A stretch of DNA of 64,000 bases from Thermoanaerobaculia bacterium (GTDB lineage: Bacteria; Acidobacteriota; Thermoanaerobaculia; Multivoradales; Multivoraceae): the NCBI GenBank assembly GCA_963666565.1, contig OY762911.1:1504001-1568000 (forward strand), given 5' to 3'. Positions 8,842 to 18,305 of the stretch are shown one piece after another. Within the stretch, counting starts at the first letter, position 1; each line of letters starts with the position of its first letter. The notes below the pieces were generated by a model. That model had not been told where the DNA came from. It saw only the letters and a list, made by a program, of their open reading frames with translations, and searched no databases. The translations under genes were made by a program, and so were the position numbers.

Positions 8842-10119
8842 ATGTCTGATCGGTCGGTTGCCGGTCCTGAACTGGCCCCCGAGCTCGAGGCGGCGGCGGC
8901 CGAGATCGCCGGCTCGGAGCGCGGTTTCCACCGGCCGCCGCCGGGGCTCGACGCGGCGGGGAAGGCCGCGGTCCGCCGTCGTGCCCTGGACCTTGCGAGC
9001 GGCAGCGGACCGCTCACGACCATCGGCAGCTACGCCCTGGACGGCGAACGCGCGTCCACCCAGAACTGCGAGAACTTCATCGGCGCTGCCCAGGTGCCGA
9101 TGGGCGTCGCCGGGCCGGTTCGCGTCCGCGGGAGTGAGATCGACGGCACCGTCTGTGTGCCGATGGCGACCACAGAGGGGGCGCTGCTTGCCAGCGTGAA
9201 CCGCGGCTGCCGCGCGATCACGGCGGCGGGCGGCGCGACCGTCTTCGTCGAGGACGTGGGCATGACCCGGGCGCCGGTCTTTCGCACCACGGGAATTGAG
9301 GACACGAGGCGGCTGCTCAAGTGGCTGGAAGAGAACGAGGAGACGATCCGCGCCAAGGCTCACGAAACGAGTCGCTTCCTGGAACTTCGGGACATTCGAC
9401 CATCGGTGGTCGGAAGCACCGTGTTCCTTCGGTTCCGCTTCGCCACCGGCGACGCGATGGGCATGAACATGGTCACGATCGCCTGCGACCGCGTTGTGTC
9501 CGAGTTGATCGAGCCGGAGACCGGCGCCCAGTGCGTGGCGCTGTCGGGGAACTACTGCGTCGACAAGAAACCCTCCGCGGTCAACTACCAGCTCGGTCGC
9601 GGCAAGCGGATTCACGCAGAGGTGGTGCTGGACGAGACGACCGTGCGCAAGGTCCTCAAGTCGGAAGCGAACGCACTCCAGGACGTGGCCTACCGCAAGA
9701 ACCTGCTGGGCTCCGTCGCGGCCGGCGCGCTCGCCTTCAACGCCCAGTTCGCGAACGTGCTGGCGGCGGTCTTCGTCGCCTGCGGCCAGGATCTCGCCCA
9801 CGTCGTCGAGGGCGCGATGGGCGTCGCCTCGTTCGAGGCGCGCGACGACGGCTCGGTTTACGCGTCCGTCTACATGCCGGATTGTCCGCTGGCCGCGGTC
9901 GGCGGCGGCACGGGTCTGGACACCCAGCGCGAGGCGCTCGAAGTCATGGGCGTGCGGCCCGACGCGGAGCGGCCCGGCGCGGCGGTGCGCCGGCTGGCCG
10001 AGATCGTCGGCGCCGTCGTCCTGGCAGGCGAACTCTCCCTGACCGCGGCGTTCACGTCGCGCGACCTGGCGCGGGCCCACGAGCGGCTGGGCCGCTCCAG
10101 CGCCGCGAGCGCGGGTTGA
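8842..10119 (+). CDS. hmgA: HMG-CoA reductase, class I (NADPH, archaeal/eukaryote-like)
   Basis: CENFIG, PMATTEGALLAS, GDAMGMNM, SGNYCVDKK, VGGGT, LAGELSL, C-terminal His (HERLGR). Confidence 0.95.
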   Translation: MSDRSVAGPELAPELEAAAAEIAGSERGFHRPPPGLDAAGKAAVRRRALDLASGSGPLTTIGSYALDGERASTQNCENFIGAAQVPMGVAGPVRVRGSEIDGTVCVPMATTEGALLASVNRGCRAITAAGGATVFVEDVGMTRAPVFRTTGIEDTRRLLKWLEENEETIRAKAHETSRFLELRDIRPSVVGSTVFLRFRFATGDAMGMNMVTIACDRVVSELIEPETGAQCVALSGNYCVDKKPSAVNYQLGRGKRIHAEVVLDETTVRKVLKSEANALQDVAYRKNLLGSVAAGALAFNAQFANVLAAVFVACGQDLAHVVEGAMGVASFEARDDGSVYASVYMPDCPLAAVGGGTGLDTQREALEVMGVRPDAERPGAAVRRLAEIVGAVVLAGELSLTAAFTSRDLARAHERLGRSSAASAG

Positions 10120-10125
10120 ACCACC

Positions 10126-10689
10126 ATGTATGAAACCAGGGCGCTCGACGAGACGACCTGGCCGGAGTTCGCGCACCTCGTCGAGGCTAACAACGGTGTC
10201 TGGGGCGGGTGCTGGTGCCTTTGGTATCACGGGAAGGAAGTCAGCGAGAACAGAACGCTCGCTCAGAAGCGCAAGGCGAAGGAACGCCTCGTTCGTGAAG
10301 GCCGGGCGCATGCCTCGCTTGTCTTCGAGGGCGAGGACTGCGTGGGCTGGTGTCAGTTTGGATCGCCGGAAGAGCTTCCGCGGATCCACAATCAGCGCGC
10401 CTATCGGAAGACCGATCCGGTCTTGCCCGACTGGCGGATCACCTGCTTCTTCTCCGGCAAGGGACATCGCGGCAACGGAGTCGCTTCAGTCGCGTTGAAA
10501 GGCGCCATCGAGCAAATCAGGACGCTAGGCGGCGGGCGCGTTGAGGCGTACCCGGAGAACACAGAAGGCAGAAAAGCCTCGCCGGCATTCCTCTTCAACG
10601 GTTCGCTGTCCATGTTCGAACGGAGCGGTTTCAAGCGATCGCAGCAGATCGGGAAGCACAAGTGGGTCGTGACGCGAACGATCAGGTAA
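10126..10689 (+). CDS. GNAT-family acetyltransferase
   Basis: GGCWC, VGWCQ, ITCFF..KGHRGNGVA acetyl-CoA motif, VEAYP; lower GC than neighbours. Confidence 0.8.
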   Translation: MYETRALDETTWPEFAHLVEANNGVWGGCWCLWYHGKEVSENRTLAQKRKAKERLVREGRAHASLVFEGEDCVGWCQFGSPEELPRIHNQRAYRKTDPVLPDWRITCFFSGKGHRGNGVASVALKGAIEQIRTLGGGRVEAYPENTEGRKASPAFLFNGSLSMFERSGFKRSQQIGKHKWVVTRTIR

Positions 10690-10730
10690 CGCCGGGGAGC
10701 TCAGTACAGAAGAGGATTGGCGCCGACCTC

Positions 10731-11873
10731 ATGTCGAAGTTCAATCCAGGCGGAAGAGGAGAGGCGGAGGCGTCGGTGGTGCGGTTGAGCGTGCCCGGCA
10801 AGGTGATCCTGATGGGGGAGCACGCGGCGGTGTATGGCCGGCCGGCTGTGGTGGCGGCCGTGGACCTGCGCCTTGCCGTCGAGGCTCGTAGCGATCCGGC
10901 AGGTGTCGGCCGGATTCGCCTGGACCTGCCTGACCTCGGTCTTCAGGAGGAGCACTCGTGGCCGGCGCTTGAGGACTTCACGAACCGCGCCCGCCGTCGA
11001 TGGAACAGGTTCGAGGCGGGCGACGTGCCGTTCAGGCCGGCGGACGACCGGAGTGCCCTGGTCCGGATCGCGGTCGGTGAAGCGGCGGCGTCTTTGCCAC
11101 CGGCGGTTTCGGAACGGCTGCGACGACGGGGGTTGGAGTTGCGGTTGCGGTCCCAGCTTCCGGTCGGGGCCGGCCTTGGTAGCTCGGCTGCGGCTGCTGT
11201 CGGAGTGGTTGCTGGCGTCCGAGCACTGGCGGGGAGACGGGTTCGCTCACCCGACGAACTGGCTGCGATCGAGGCGGCGGCGCTCGGGGTCGAGCGGCGG
11301 CAGCACGGTTTCCCGTCGGGGATCGACAGTGGAACGGTGCTGCGTGGCGGCGTTCTGCTCGTTCGCCGTGAAGGGGACGAGTTGCGATTCGAGGACCTGC
11401 CGAGGCCGGAGTGGCTTCCGGGCGAGGTCGCGATCCTGGACAGCGGGACGCCTGACCAGACCACGGGCACGGTGGTCACGGCGGTGCGACGGCGCTATGA
11501 GGAAGAGCCAGAGCGGACGATCGCCGTGTTCGACCGCATCGGGGCGGCGGTCGAGTCCTTTCGCGCGGCGCTTGGGGACGGCGGGCCGCGGGACGCGGCG
11601 GCAGCCATCGCCGACGGTCATCGCGCCCTGGTCGAACTCGGCGTGGTGCCGCCGCCGGTCGCTCGCCGGATTGCGTCGGTGGAAGCTGCCGGGGGCGCGG
11701 CGAAGATCTCCGGGGCCGGGGCTCTTGAAGGCGAGTCGGCCGGCGCCCTGGTCTGCATGCTCGGCGGCCGGTCAGTCGAGACGATCGATGGAATCCCGGA
11801 CCTCGAGCCGGTGAACGCGGCGATCGGTGCCGACGGCCTGAGGTTCGAGAGTCCCATCGCCGATCGACTGTAG
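10731..11873 (+). CDS. mvk: Mevalonate kinase (GHMP)
   Basis: PGKVILMGEHAAVYG, PVGAGLGSSAA, HGFPSGID, AKISGAG. Confidence 0.9.
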   Translation: MSKFNPGGRGEAEASVVRLSVPGKVILMGEHAAVYGRPAVVAAVDLRLAVEARSDPAGVGRIRLDLPDLGLQEEHSWPALEDFTNRARRRWNRFEAGDVPFRPADDRSALVRIAVGEAAASLPPAVSERLRRRGLELRLRSQLPVGAGLGSSAAAAVGVVAGVRALAGRRVRSPDELAAIEAAALGVERRQHGFPSGIDSGTVLRGGVLLVRREGDELRFEDLPRPEWLPGEVAILDSGTPDQTTGTVVTAVRRRYEEEPERTIAVFDRIGAAVESFRAALGDGGPRDAAAAIADGHRALVELGVVPPPVARRIASVEAAGGAAKISGAGALEGESAGALVCMLGGRSVETIDGIPDLEPVNAAIGADGLRFESPIADRL

Positions 11874-11885
11874 GCTTCGGGAGAG

Positions 11886-12938
11886 ATGAACTCCGCGTTG
11901 GAACCGGCCCATGAGCCTGGGCCCGTGACTGCTGAGGCGCCTTCGAACATCGCTTTCATCAAGTACTGGGGCGCCCGGGATCTCAAGGGTCCGGTTCCCT
12001 TCAACCGCTCGCTGTCGATGACCCTGGATGCCTGCCGGTCGATCTGCTCGGCGTCTCCCCTGGCCAACGGACGGGACGACGAGATCGTCTGGCTGGAAGA
12101 GCCGTCTGCCGGTCGAACCGAGGCCGCCGCGGAAGCGCCGCCGGCCTTCGTCGAGCGGACGCGGCGGCACCTGGACCGGCTTCGCGAGTGGTCGCGGCAG
12201 ACGACGGCGCCTTACGCGGGCGGGTTCCGGATCGCGACCGGCAACACTTTCCCGGCGGCGGCCGGGATCGCCTCATCCGCTTCGGGCTTCACCGCCCTGA
12301 CCCTCGCCGTGACGGCCGCCATGGGCTTCGACCTGCCGCCACCGACTCTGTCCGCCCTGTCGCGGAGCAGCGGCTCGGGCTCGGCCGCCCGCTCGGCCTA
12401 CGGCGGCTACGTGGAGTGGCCCGGCGGGAACGGCAACAGCGCGGTCCAGGTCCTCGGCGAGGACGCCTGGCGGCTCTGCGACGTGGTCGCCGTGGTCGAG
12501 ACCGGCGCCAAGAAGGTCTCGTCGCGGGACGGGCACCGGCTTGCCACGAGCAGTCCGTACTTCGCGCCGCGCCTGGCCGCGCTCGAAGGGCGGCTGGACC
12601 AGGTTCGGGCCGCCCTCGAACGGCGCGACTTCGAGGCCCTCGGCCAGGCGGTCGAGGAGGAAGGGATCGATCTCCACCTGATTGCGATGTCGTCCCGGCC
12701 TCCGGTGTACTACTGGTCGCCGGGGACGATCGAGGTGCTGGCGGCGGTCCGCGACCTGCGGGCGGACGGCGTCGCCGCCTACGCGACGATGGATGCCGGC
12801 GCCAACGCCCACGTCATCTGCCAGCCCGGCGACGAACAGCGCGTGGCGGAACGGCTCGGCGCCCTCGGCGCCGTCGAGCGCGTGCTGCGGGACCGCACCG
12901 GCGGGCCGCCCGTCTGGCGGAGCGGAGCCGAGCTTTGA
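11886..12938 (+). CDS. mvaD: MvaD-family decarboxylase (probably phosphomevalonate decarboxylase)
   Basis: SNIAFIKYWG, GIASSASG, GSGSAARS, KKVSS, TMDAGAN; substrate inferred from context. Confidence 0.9.
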   Translation: MNSALEPAHEPGPVTAEAPSNIAFIKYWGARDLKGPVPFNRSLSMTLDACRSICSASPLANGRDDEIVWLEEPSAGRTEAAAEAPPAFVERTRRHLDRLREWSRQTTAPYAGGFRIATGNTFPAAAGIASSASGFTALTLAVTAAMGFDLPPPTLSALSRSSGSGSAARSAYGGYVEWPGGNGNSAVQVLGEDAWRLCDVVAVVETGAKKVSSRDGHRLATSSPYFAPRLAALEGRLDQVRAALERRDFEALGQAVEEEGIDLHLIAMSSRPPVYYWSPGTIEVLAAVRDLRADGVAAYATMDAGANAHVICQPGDEQRVAERLGALGAVERVLRDRTGGPPVWRSGAEL

Positions 12939-12955
12939 GTGCGGCCGCCGCCGCG

Positions 12956-13900
12956 ATGTCTGGCGGCGCGTCCTCGCGCCAGCGCCCTGGTCCGAGCGCC
13001 CGTCCTCGGGCGGTCGGGCGTCGCGCCGCCGGCGACCGGCCAGCCGTCACGCTGCTCAAGCTCGGCGGCAGCCTGATCACCGACAAGACGAAGCCGCGCG
13101 CGCTCGCAAAGGAACACCTGGGGCGGCTGGCGGCCGAGATCGCGGCGGGATGGTCGGGGAACGGCCTCGTCATCGGTCACGGCAGCGGTTCCTTCGGCCA
13201 CCCGGAGGCGCAGGCGGCCGGCCTCGCCGGGGGCGCGGGAGGCCGCCGGCTCGACCCGGAAGCCGCCGCGATGGGCATCGCGCGCACGCAATCCGCTGCC
13301 TTCGAGCTCCACCGGCTGGTCGTCGGAAGCCTGGTCGAGGCGGGCGTGCCCGCCTACTCGCAGCCGCCGTCGAGCTTCCTGGTCGCCGACGACGGCGAAC
13401 CCCGGGGCGCTCCGCCCGAGCCCATGGCGGCCGCGCTGCGGCGGGGCCTCGTGCCCGTCACGATGGGCGACGTCGTGATCGACAGCGAGCGCGGCGCAGC
13501 GATCGTCTCCACCGAGACGGTGTTCGGGTTTCTGGTCGGGGCGCTGGCCGGACTGGGGATCGACGTGAAGCGGGTCGTGTGGCTGGGCGTGACCGCCGGC
13601 GTGCTGGACCGGGAGGGGCGTCCGATGCCGCGCATTGACGCCTCGAACATCGAGGCCGCGACGGCGGCGGCCGGCGGTTCCGCCGCGGTCGACGTCACCG
13701 GCGGCATGGAACACCGGCTTGCCGCCGCCTGGCGGCTGGCCCGGCGCGGCGTCGAGTCGCTGATCGCCGACGGCAGGCGGCCGGGCCTGCTCCAGTCGGT
13801 GCTCCGCCATCCGGGCGGTGAGGCCGAGGTCGCCGGTACACTCGTGAGCGCCGTCGGCCAGGCGCCTGCGCCGCAGGGCGCAGCGAAGCAGGTTCTGTGA
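12956..13900 (+). CDS. ipk: Isopentenyl phosphate kinase (amino-acid kinase family)
   Basis: LKLGGSLITDK, GHGSGSFGH with the IPK-specific His, GDV, DVTGGM; alternative TTG start at 12935. Confidence 0.9.
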   Translation: MSGGASSRQRPGPSARPRAVGRRAAGDRPAVTLLKLGGSLITDKTKPRALAKEHLGRLAAEIAAGWSGNGLVIGHGSGSFGHPEAQAAGLAGGAGGRRLDPEAAAMGIARTQSAAFELHRLVVGSLVEAGVPAYSQPPSSFLVADDGEPRGAPPEPMAAALRRGLVPVTMGDVVIDSERGAAIVSTETVFGFLVGALAGLGIDVKRVVWLGVTAGVLDREGRPMPRIDASNIEAATAAAGGSAAVDVTGGMEHRLAAAWRLARRGVESLIADGRRPGLLQSVLRHPGGEAEVAGTLVSAVGQAPAPQGAAKQVL

Positions 13901-14025
13901 CGCACGGTGCCGGTTGGGTGGGGGCTGGCGCCAAGCACGGACTCTGCGACGGGTTTGGCGGCTCTGGCCGACCTCCTGAGCGGCGACATCGAGACCTCCA
14001 TCCGGATCTGTCCACCGAGAGAACC

Positions 14026-14706
14026 ATGCGCGCGAGCAGCACCGTCGAGGACTACCTCAAGTGCATCTTCCTGGCTGAGCACGAGGCCAGCCTGGAGAGC
14101 GCCCAGCTCGTGCCGATGGGCCGGATCGCGGCGCGCCTCAAGGTGGCGCCGGCCTCGGTCACGGCGATGATGAAGACTCTCTCCGAGTCCGGCCTGATTG
14201 CCTATGAGCCCTACAGCGGAGTGCGTCTCCTTCCTGCCGGCCGGAAGCTGGCGACGCACGTGCTGCGGCGCCACCGCCTGGTGGAACTCTTCCTGGTGAA
14301 CGTGATGGGCTTCGACTGGAGCGAGGTCCATGCCGAAGCCGAACTGCTCGAGCATTCCGTCTCCGAACGGATGATCGAGCGGATGGACGAGATGCTCGGC
14401 CATCCGTCGGTCGATCCCCACGGCGACCCGATCCCCAGCGCCGACGGCTACATCGAGATCGTGGACCACCCGAGTCTGCTGAGGTGCCCGCTGAACTGCA
14501 CGGTCGAGGTGGTGCGCGTCACCGACCAGGACGCCGACTTCCTGCGCTTCGCCGAACGCGAGGGTCTGGCGCCAGGGAAGTGGATCGAGGTTGCGGCTCG
14601 CGACGAGACCGCGGGCAGCGTCGCCGTAGTCTCCGGCAGCCGGCAGTTCAGCCTCGGCTTCCCGGCCGCGTCCAAGGTACTCGTGCGGGAGGCGAACCAG
14701 GCCTGA
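14026..14706 (+). CDS. mntR: DtxR/MntR family metal-dependent regulator with FeoA-like C-domain
   Basis: VEDYLK, RRHRLVELFL, EVHAEAELLEH, DPHGDPIP. Confidence 0.9.
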   Translation: MRASSTVEDYLKCIFLAEHEASLESAQLVPMGRIAARLKVAPASVTAMMKTLSESGLIAYEPYSGVRLLPAGRKLATHVLRRHRLVELFLVNVMGFDWSEVHAEAELLEHSVSERMIERMDEMLGHPSVDPHGDPIPSADGYIEIVDHPSLLRCPLNCTVEVVRVTDQDADFLRFAEREGLAPGKWIEVAARDETAGSVAVVSGSRQFSLGFPAASKVLVREANQA

Positions 14707-14731
14707 TCGCCGGCCGCAGACCTCGCTCCTT

Positions 14732-15244
14732 TCAGACGCAGTCGTTACTCTTCGCGACGACGAAGAGCGGGTCGCCGCCGTCGACGGTCTGGCCGACCTC
14801 CACGAGGAGCTTCTCCAGGCGGCCGTCGATCTCGGACTGGATCTCGTTCTCCATCTTCATCGCCTCGAGCACGACGACGCCCTGGCCGGAGGCCACCTCG
14901 TCGCCCTCGGCCGCGAGCACGGCCGTGACCCGGCCGGGCATGTAGGCGGTCGCCTCGAACACGTCGGCGGCGCCCTGCCGGGCCGCCTCTCCGAGGATCC
15001 GCGAGCGGGGGTCGATCACCGTGAGTTCGGCGCCGTCCACGGCGTAGACGCCCTTGCCGAGCGAGCGGACGTTCCGGGTCGCCTGGCGTCCGTCGACGAT
15101 CATGCTCAGTACGTCGGGCCGTCCCAGGGTCGCGGCGTCCACCCGGTACTCGCGGCCGTCGACCGCCACGGTCCACTGGCCGTCCGCCTCGTCGCGGACC
15201 TCGACGCGAACTTCGCCGGCGCCGCGGGCGACGATCAGTTCCAC
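14732..15244 (-). CDS. Biotin carboxyl carrier subunit
   Basis: MPGRV..LEAMKMENEI biotinylation motif; GTG start overlaps the end of the biotin carboxylase. Confidence 0.9.
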   Translation of the reverse strand: MELIVARGAGEVRVEVRDEADGQWTVAVDGREYRVDAATLGRPDVLSMIVDGRQATRNVRSLGKGVYAVDGAELTVIDPRSRILGEAARQGAADVFEATAYMPGRVTAVLAAEGDEVASGQGVVVLEAMKMENEIQSEIDGRLEKLLVEVGQTVDGGDPLFVVAKSNDCV

Positions 15245-16779
15245 GCCGTGCCCCTCCGGGCGTCGCGGCGCGCGGCGAGCAGCCAGTTCGACCGCGGGGC
15301 GCCGTCGCCTGCCGCCGCGCCGGCGCCGTTCGTCTCGATCCGCGTCACGTGGGCGAGAACGGCGGCGAGGACGGGCAGATCGGCCTCCAGGGCGCCGTCC
15401 TCCGGCGCCGCCGGCCGCAACTCGCCGGTCTCGAGCTTGCGGTCGAGCATCGAGATGTCCATGTTGCCGGCTACGAAGTCCTCGTCCTCGAGCAGCAGTT
15501 CGAACAGGGGCAGGTTCGTGCGGATGCCCTCGACCCGGGTCTCGGCGAGCGCTCGCTTCAGCCGAGCCAGCGCGTCGGCGCGGTCCCGCCCCCAGACGAT
15601 CAGCTTGGCCAGCATCGGGTCGTAGTGGATCGTGACCTCGGCGCCCTCGTAGACGCCGCAGTCGTTGCGCACGCCCGGCCCCTCCGGCAGTTGCAGCAGT
15701 TCGATCCGGCCGGGCGAGGGCGCAAAGTTGCGGAACGGATCCTCCGCGTACAGCCGGACCTCGACGGCGTGCCCCCTGGGCTCGATGCCGTTCTCGAGGG
15801 CCTCGGGCAGCGGCTCGCCGGCCGCGATGTCGAGCTGGGCGGCGACGATGTCGATGCCGGTCACCAGCTCGGTGACCGGATGCTCCACCTGGATCCTCGT
15901 GTTCATCTCCAGGAAGTAGAAGTCCCCCCGCGGATCGAGCAGGAACTCGACCGTGCCGGCGCCGGCGTAGTTCACCGCGGCGGCGGCGCGGACCGCCGCT
16001 TCGCCCATGCGGCGGCGGAGATCCGCGTCGACGACGGGCGACGGCGCCTCCTCGACGACCTTCTGGTGGCGTCGTTGCAGCGAGCACTCCCGTTCGCCGA
16101 GGGAGACGATCCGTCCGTGCCGGTCGCCGAGGATCTGGATCTCGACGTGGCGGGGCCGCTCGACGAAGCGCTCGATGTAGACCGAGGCGTCGTCGAAGCT
16201 GGCGCCGGCCTCCGAGGTCGCGCCGCGGAACGCCGCGTCGAGCTCGCTCTCCTCGCGCACCAGCCGCATCCCCTTGCCGCCGCCGCCGGCGGACGCCTTC
16301 AGCATCACCGGGTAGCCGATCTCGGCCGCCGCCGCGCGGGCAGCCTCGGCGGAGGCCAGCGGGTCCGTGCCGCCCGGCACGATGGGCACGCCGGCCGCGG
16401 TCATCAGGCGGCGGCTCTCGATCTTCGAGCCCATCGCCGCGATCGCCGCCGACGGCGGCCCGATGAAGGCGATGCCGCGCTCCTCGCAGAGACGGGCGAA
16501 ACCGGCGTTCTCCGACAGGAAGCCGTAGCCGGGATGGATCGCGTCGGCGCCGACGAAGGCGGCGAGGTCGACGATCCTCCCGGCCTGGAGGTAGCTCTCG
16601 ATCGAGGGCGCGGGGCCGATGCAGTGCGCCTCGTCCGCCATCCGCGTGGCGAGACCGGCGCGGTCCGCCTCCGAGTAGACGGCGACCGAGACGATGCCGC
16701 GCTCGCGGAGCGCCCGGATCACCCGCACCGCGATCTCGCCGCGGTTCGCGACGAGTACCTTCCGTAGGCCGTTCTTCAT
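15235..16779 (-). CDS. accC: Biotin carboxylase subunit of acyl-CoA carboxylase
   Basis: VANRGEIA, HPGYGFLSEN, GGGGKGMR, RECSLQRRHQK, EMNTRIQVEHPVTE, YDPMLAKL. Confidence 0.95.
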   Translation of the reverse strand: MKNGLRKVLVANRGEIAVRVIRALRERGIVSVAVYSEADRAGLATRMADEAHCIGPAPSIESYLQAGRIVDLAAFVGADAIHPGYGFLSENAGFARLCEERGIAFIGPPSAAIAAMGSKIESRRLMTAAGVPIVPGGTDPLASAEAARAAAAEIGYPVMLKASAGGGGKGMRLVREESELDAAFRGATSEAGASFDDASVYIERFVERPRHVEIQILGDRHGRIVSLGERECSLQRRHQKVVEEAPSPVVDADLRRRMGEAAVRAAAAVNYAGAGTVEFLLDPRGDFYFLEMNTRIQVEHPVTELVTGIDIVAAQLDIAAGEPLPEALENGIEPRGHAVEVRLYAEDPFRNFAPSPGRIELLQLPEGPGVRNDCGVYEGAEVTIHYDPMLAKLIVWGRDRADALARLKRALAETRVEGIRTNLPLFELLLEDEDFVAGNMDISMLDRKLETGELRPAAPEDGALEADLPVLAAVLAHVTRIETNGAGAAAGDGAPRSNWLLAARRDARRGTAWN

Positions 16780-16840
16780 GCCAGAAGGCGCATCCTAGTA
16801 GCTTGCGCCGTAGCTTGCGTCGCGAACGCAGCGGCGCGGC

Positions 16841-16884
16841 GTCGGACGGACCCGCCCCTCCTGACCCGACTGGGCTGGACGTCG
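16841..16884 (+). repeat. Fragment of family A element
   Basis: 16855-16884 is identical to 106-135; 16841-16857 is the reverse complement of 29591-29607. Confidence 0.7.
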
Positions 16885-16942
16885 GTGCCTGGGCCGATGG
16901 CGATACTCTCGAATCGGGTTGGGCGGAACAGGAGGATCTTCG

Positions 16943-18304
16943 ATGGAACGCAGTCTCGGACCGGAATCCACGACCGGCGGCGCGTGGGGATCTCCGGTCA
17001 CAAGGAAAGCCGTCGTGCGGTCGGGACTGGCGGCGCTGCTCGTCACTCCCTTCTGGGCGTCGTCGCTCGCTGCGGGCTTGAGGCAGGAATCGGAGGACGA
17101 GGACTCCGGGTCGCCGGACCGCCCGGAAGGCCGGGGCGCGACGGACGAGGAGATCGTCCTCGGCGTGTCGGCCGCCTTCTCGGGGCCGTCGCGGGGGCTC
17201 GGAACGGAGCTCTACCGGGGCGCGACCGCCTACTTCAACCACGTGAACGAGAACGGGGGGATCGAGGGCCGCAGGATCGCCCTCAAGCTCTACGACGACG
17301 GGTATCAGCCGGACCCCTGCGTCCAGAACACGATGAGGCTGATGCTGGAGGACAATGTGTTCCTCCTGTTCGGCTACGTCGGGACGCCGACGGTCACCCG
17401 GGTTCTTCCGATCCTCAAGAAGTTCCAGGACGAGAGGATCTTCCTGTTCTTCCCCTTCACCGGCGCCCAGCCGCAGCGGGAGCCGCCGTACGGCGACTTC
17501 GCCTTCAACCTGCGGGCGTCCTACAACCAGGAGACGGCAGGGCTGGTCGACAACCTGGTGCGGATCGGCCGGCGGCGGATCGCGGTCTTCTACCAGATCG
17601 ACGCCTACGGCCGGAGCGGCTGGGCCGGGGTCCGGGCGGCGCTGGCGAAGCACGGCGAGCGGCTCGCCGGCGAGGCGACCTACAGCCGCGGCGAGAAGTT
17701 CACCGGCAGCATGAGGAAGCAGGTCGAGATCCTGCAGGGGGTCTCGCCGGACGCGGTCATCTGCATCGGCGCCTACGCCGCCTGCGCCGCGTTCGCGCGC
17801 GACGCGGTGGACCTCGGGCTCGACGTACCGATCGCCAACCTCTCCTTCGTCGGCAGCGAGAACCTGCTCAAGCTCCTGACCGAGGGGCAGGAGGACGCCG
17901 AGAGGTACACCCGGCAGTTGATCGCCTCCCAGGTCGTTCCGAGCTACGAGGACACGTCGATCCCGGCGGTTCGCGAGTACCGGGACCTGATGGCGCGTTA
18001 CGACCCCCAGGTGCCGGCCGCCCTGGTCCAGGAGGAGTACGCGCCGTTTCCGCACAGCTTCGGCAGCCTGGAGGGATTCCTGAACGCCAAGCTGCTGGCG
18101 GAGATCCTCCGGCGGCTGGGGCCGAACCCGGACCGGGCGGGGCTGGAGGAGGCGGTCTTCTCGATCGACGACTTCGATCTCGGCATCAGCGAGCGCGTGT
18201 CGTTCGGTCCCGACCGGCGCCAGGGACTGCAGAGCGTCTACCACACCGTCGTCGAGGAGGGCCGCTTCGTGCCGCTCGACGACTGGGGCGCCAGGTTCGG
18301 TTGA
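16943..18304 (+). CDS. Periplasmic binding protein, type I (LIV-like)
   Basis: GVSAAFSG, VNENGGIEGRRI, YDDGYQP, GYVGTPT, RASY..E, DAYG. Confidence 0.85.
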   Translation: MERSLGPESTTGGAWGSPVTRKAVVRSGLAALLVTPFWASSLAAGLRQESEDEDSGSPDRPEGRGATDEEIVLGVSAAFSGPSRGLGTELYRGATAYFNHVNENGGIEGRRIALKLYDDGYQPDPCVQNTMRLMLEDNVFLLFGYVGTPTVTRVLPILKKFQDERIFLFFPFTGAQPQREPPYGDFAFNLRASYNQETAGLVDNLVRIGRRRIAVFYQIDAYGRSGWAGVRAALAKHGERLAGEATYSRGEKFTGSMRKQVEILQGVSPDAVICIGAYAACAAFARDAVDLGLDVPIANLSFVGSENLLKLLTEGQEDAERYTRQLIASQVVPSYEDTSIPAVREYRDLMARYDPQVPAALVQEEYAPFPHSFGSLEGFLNAKLLAEILRRLGPNPDRAGLEEAVFSIDDFDLGISERVSFGPDRRQGLQSVYHTVVEEGRFVPLDDWGARFG

Positions 18305-18305
18305 G

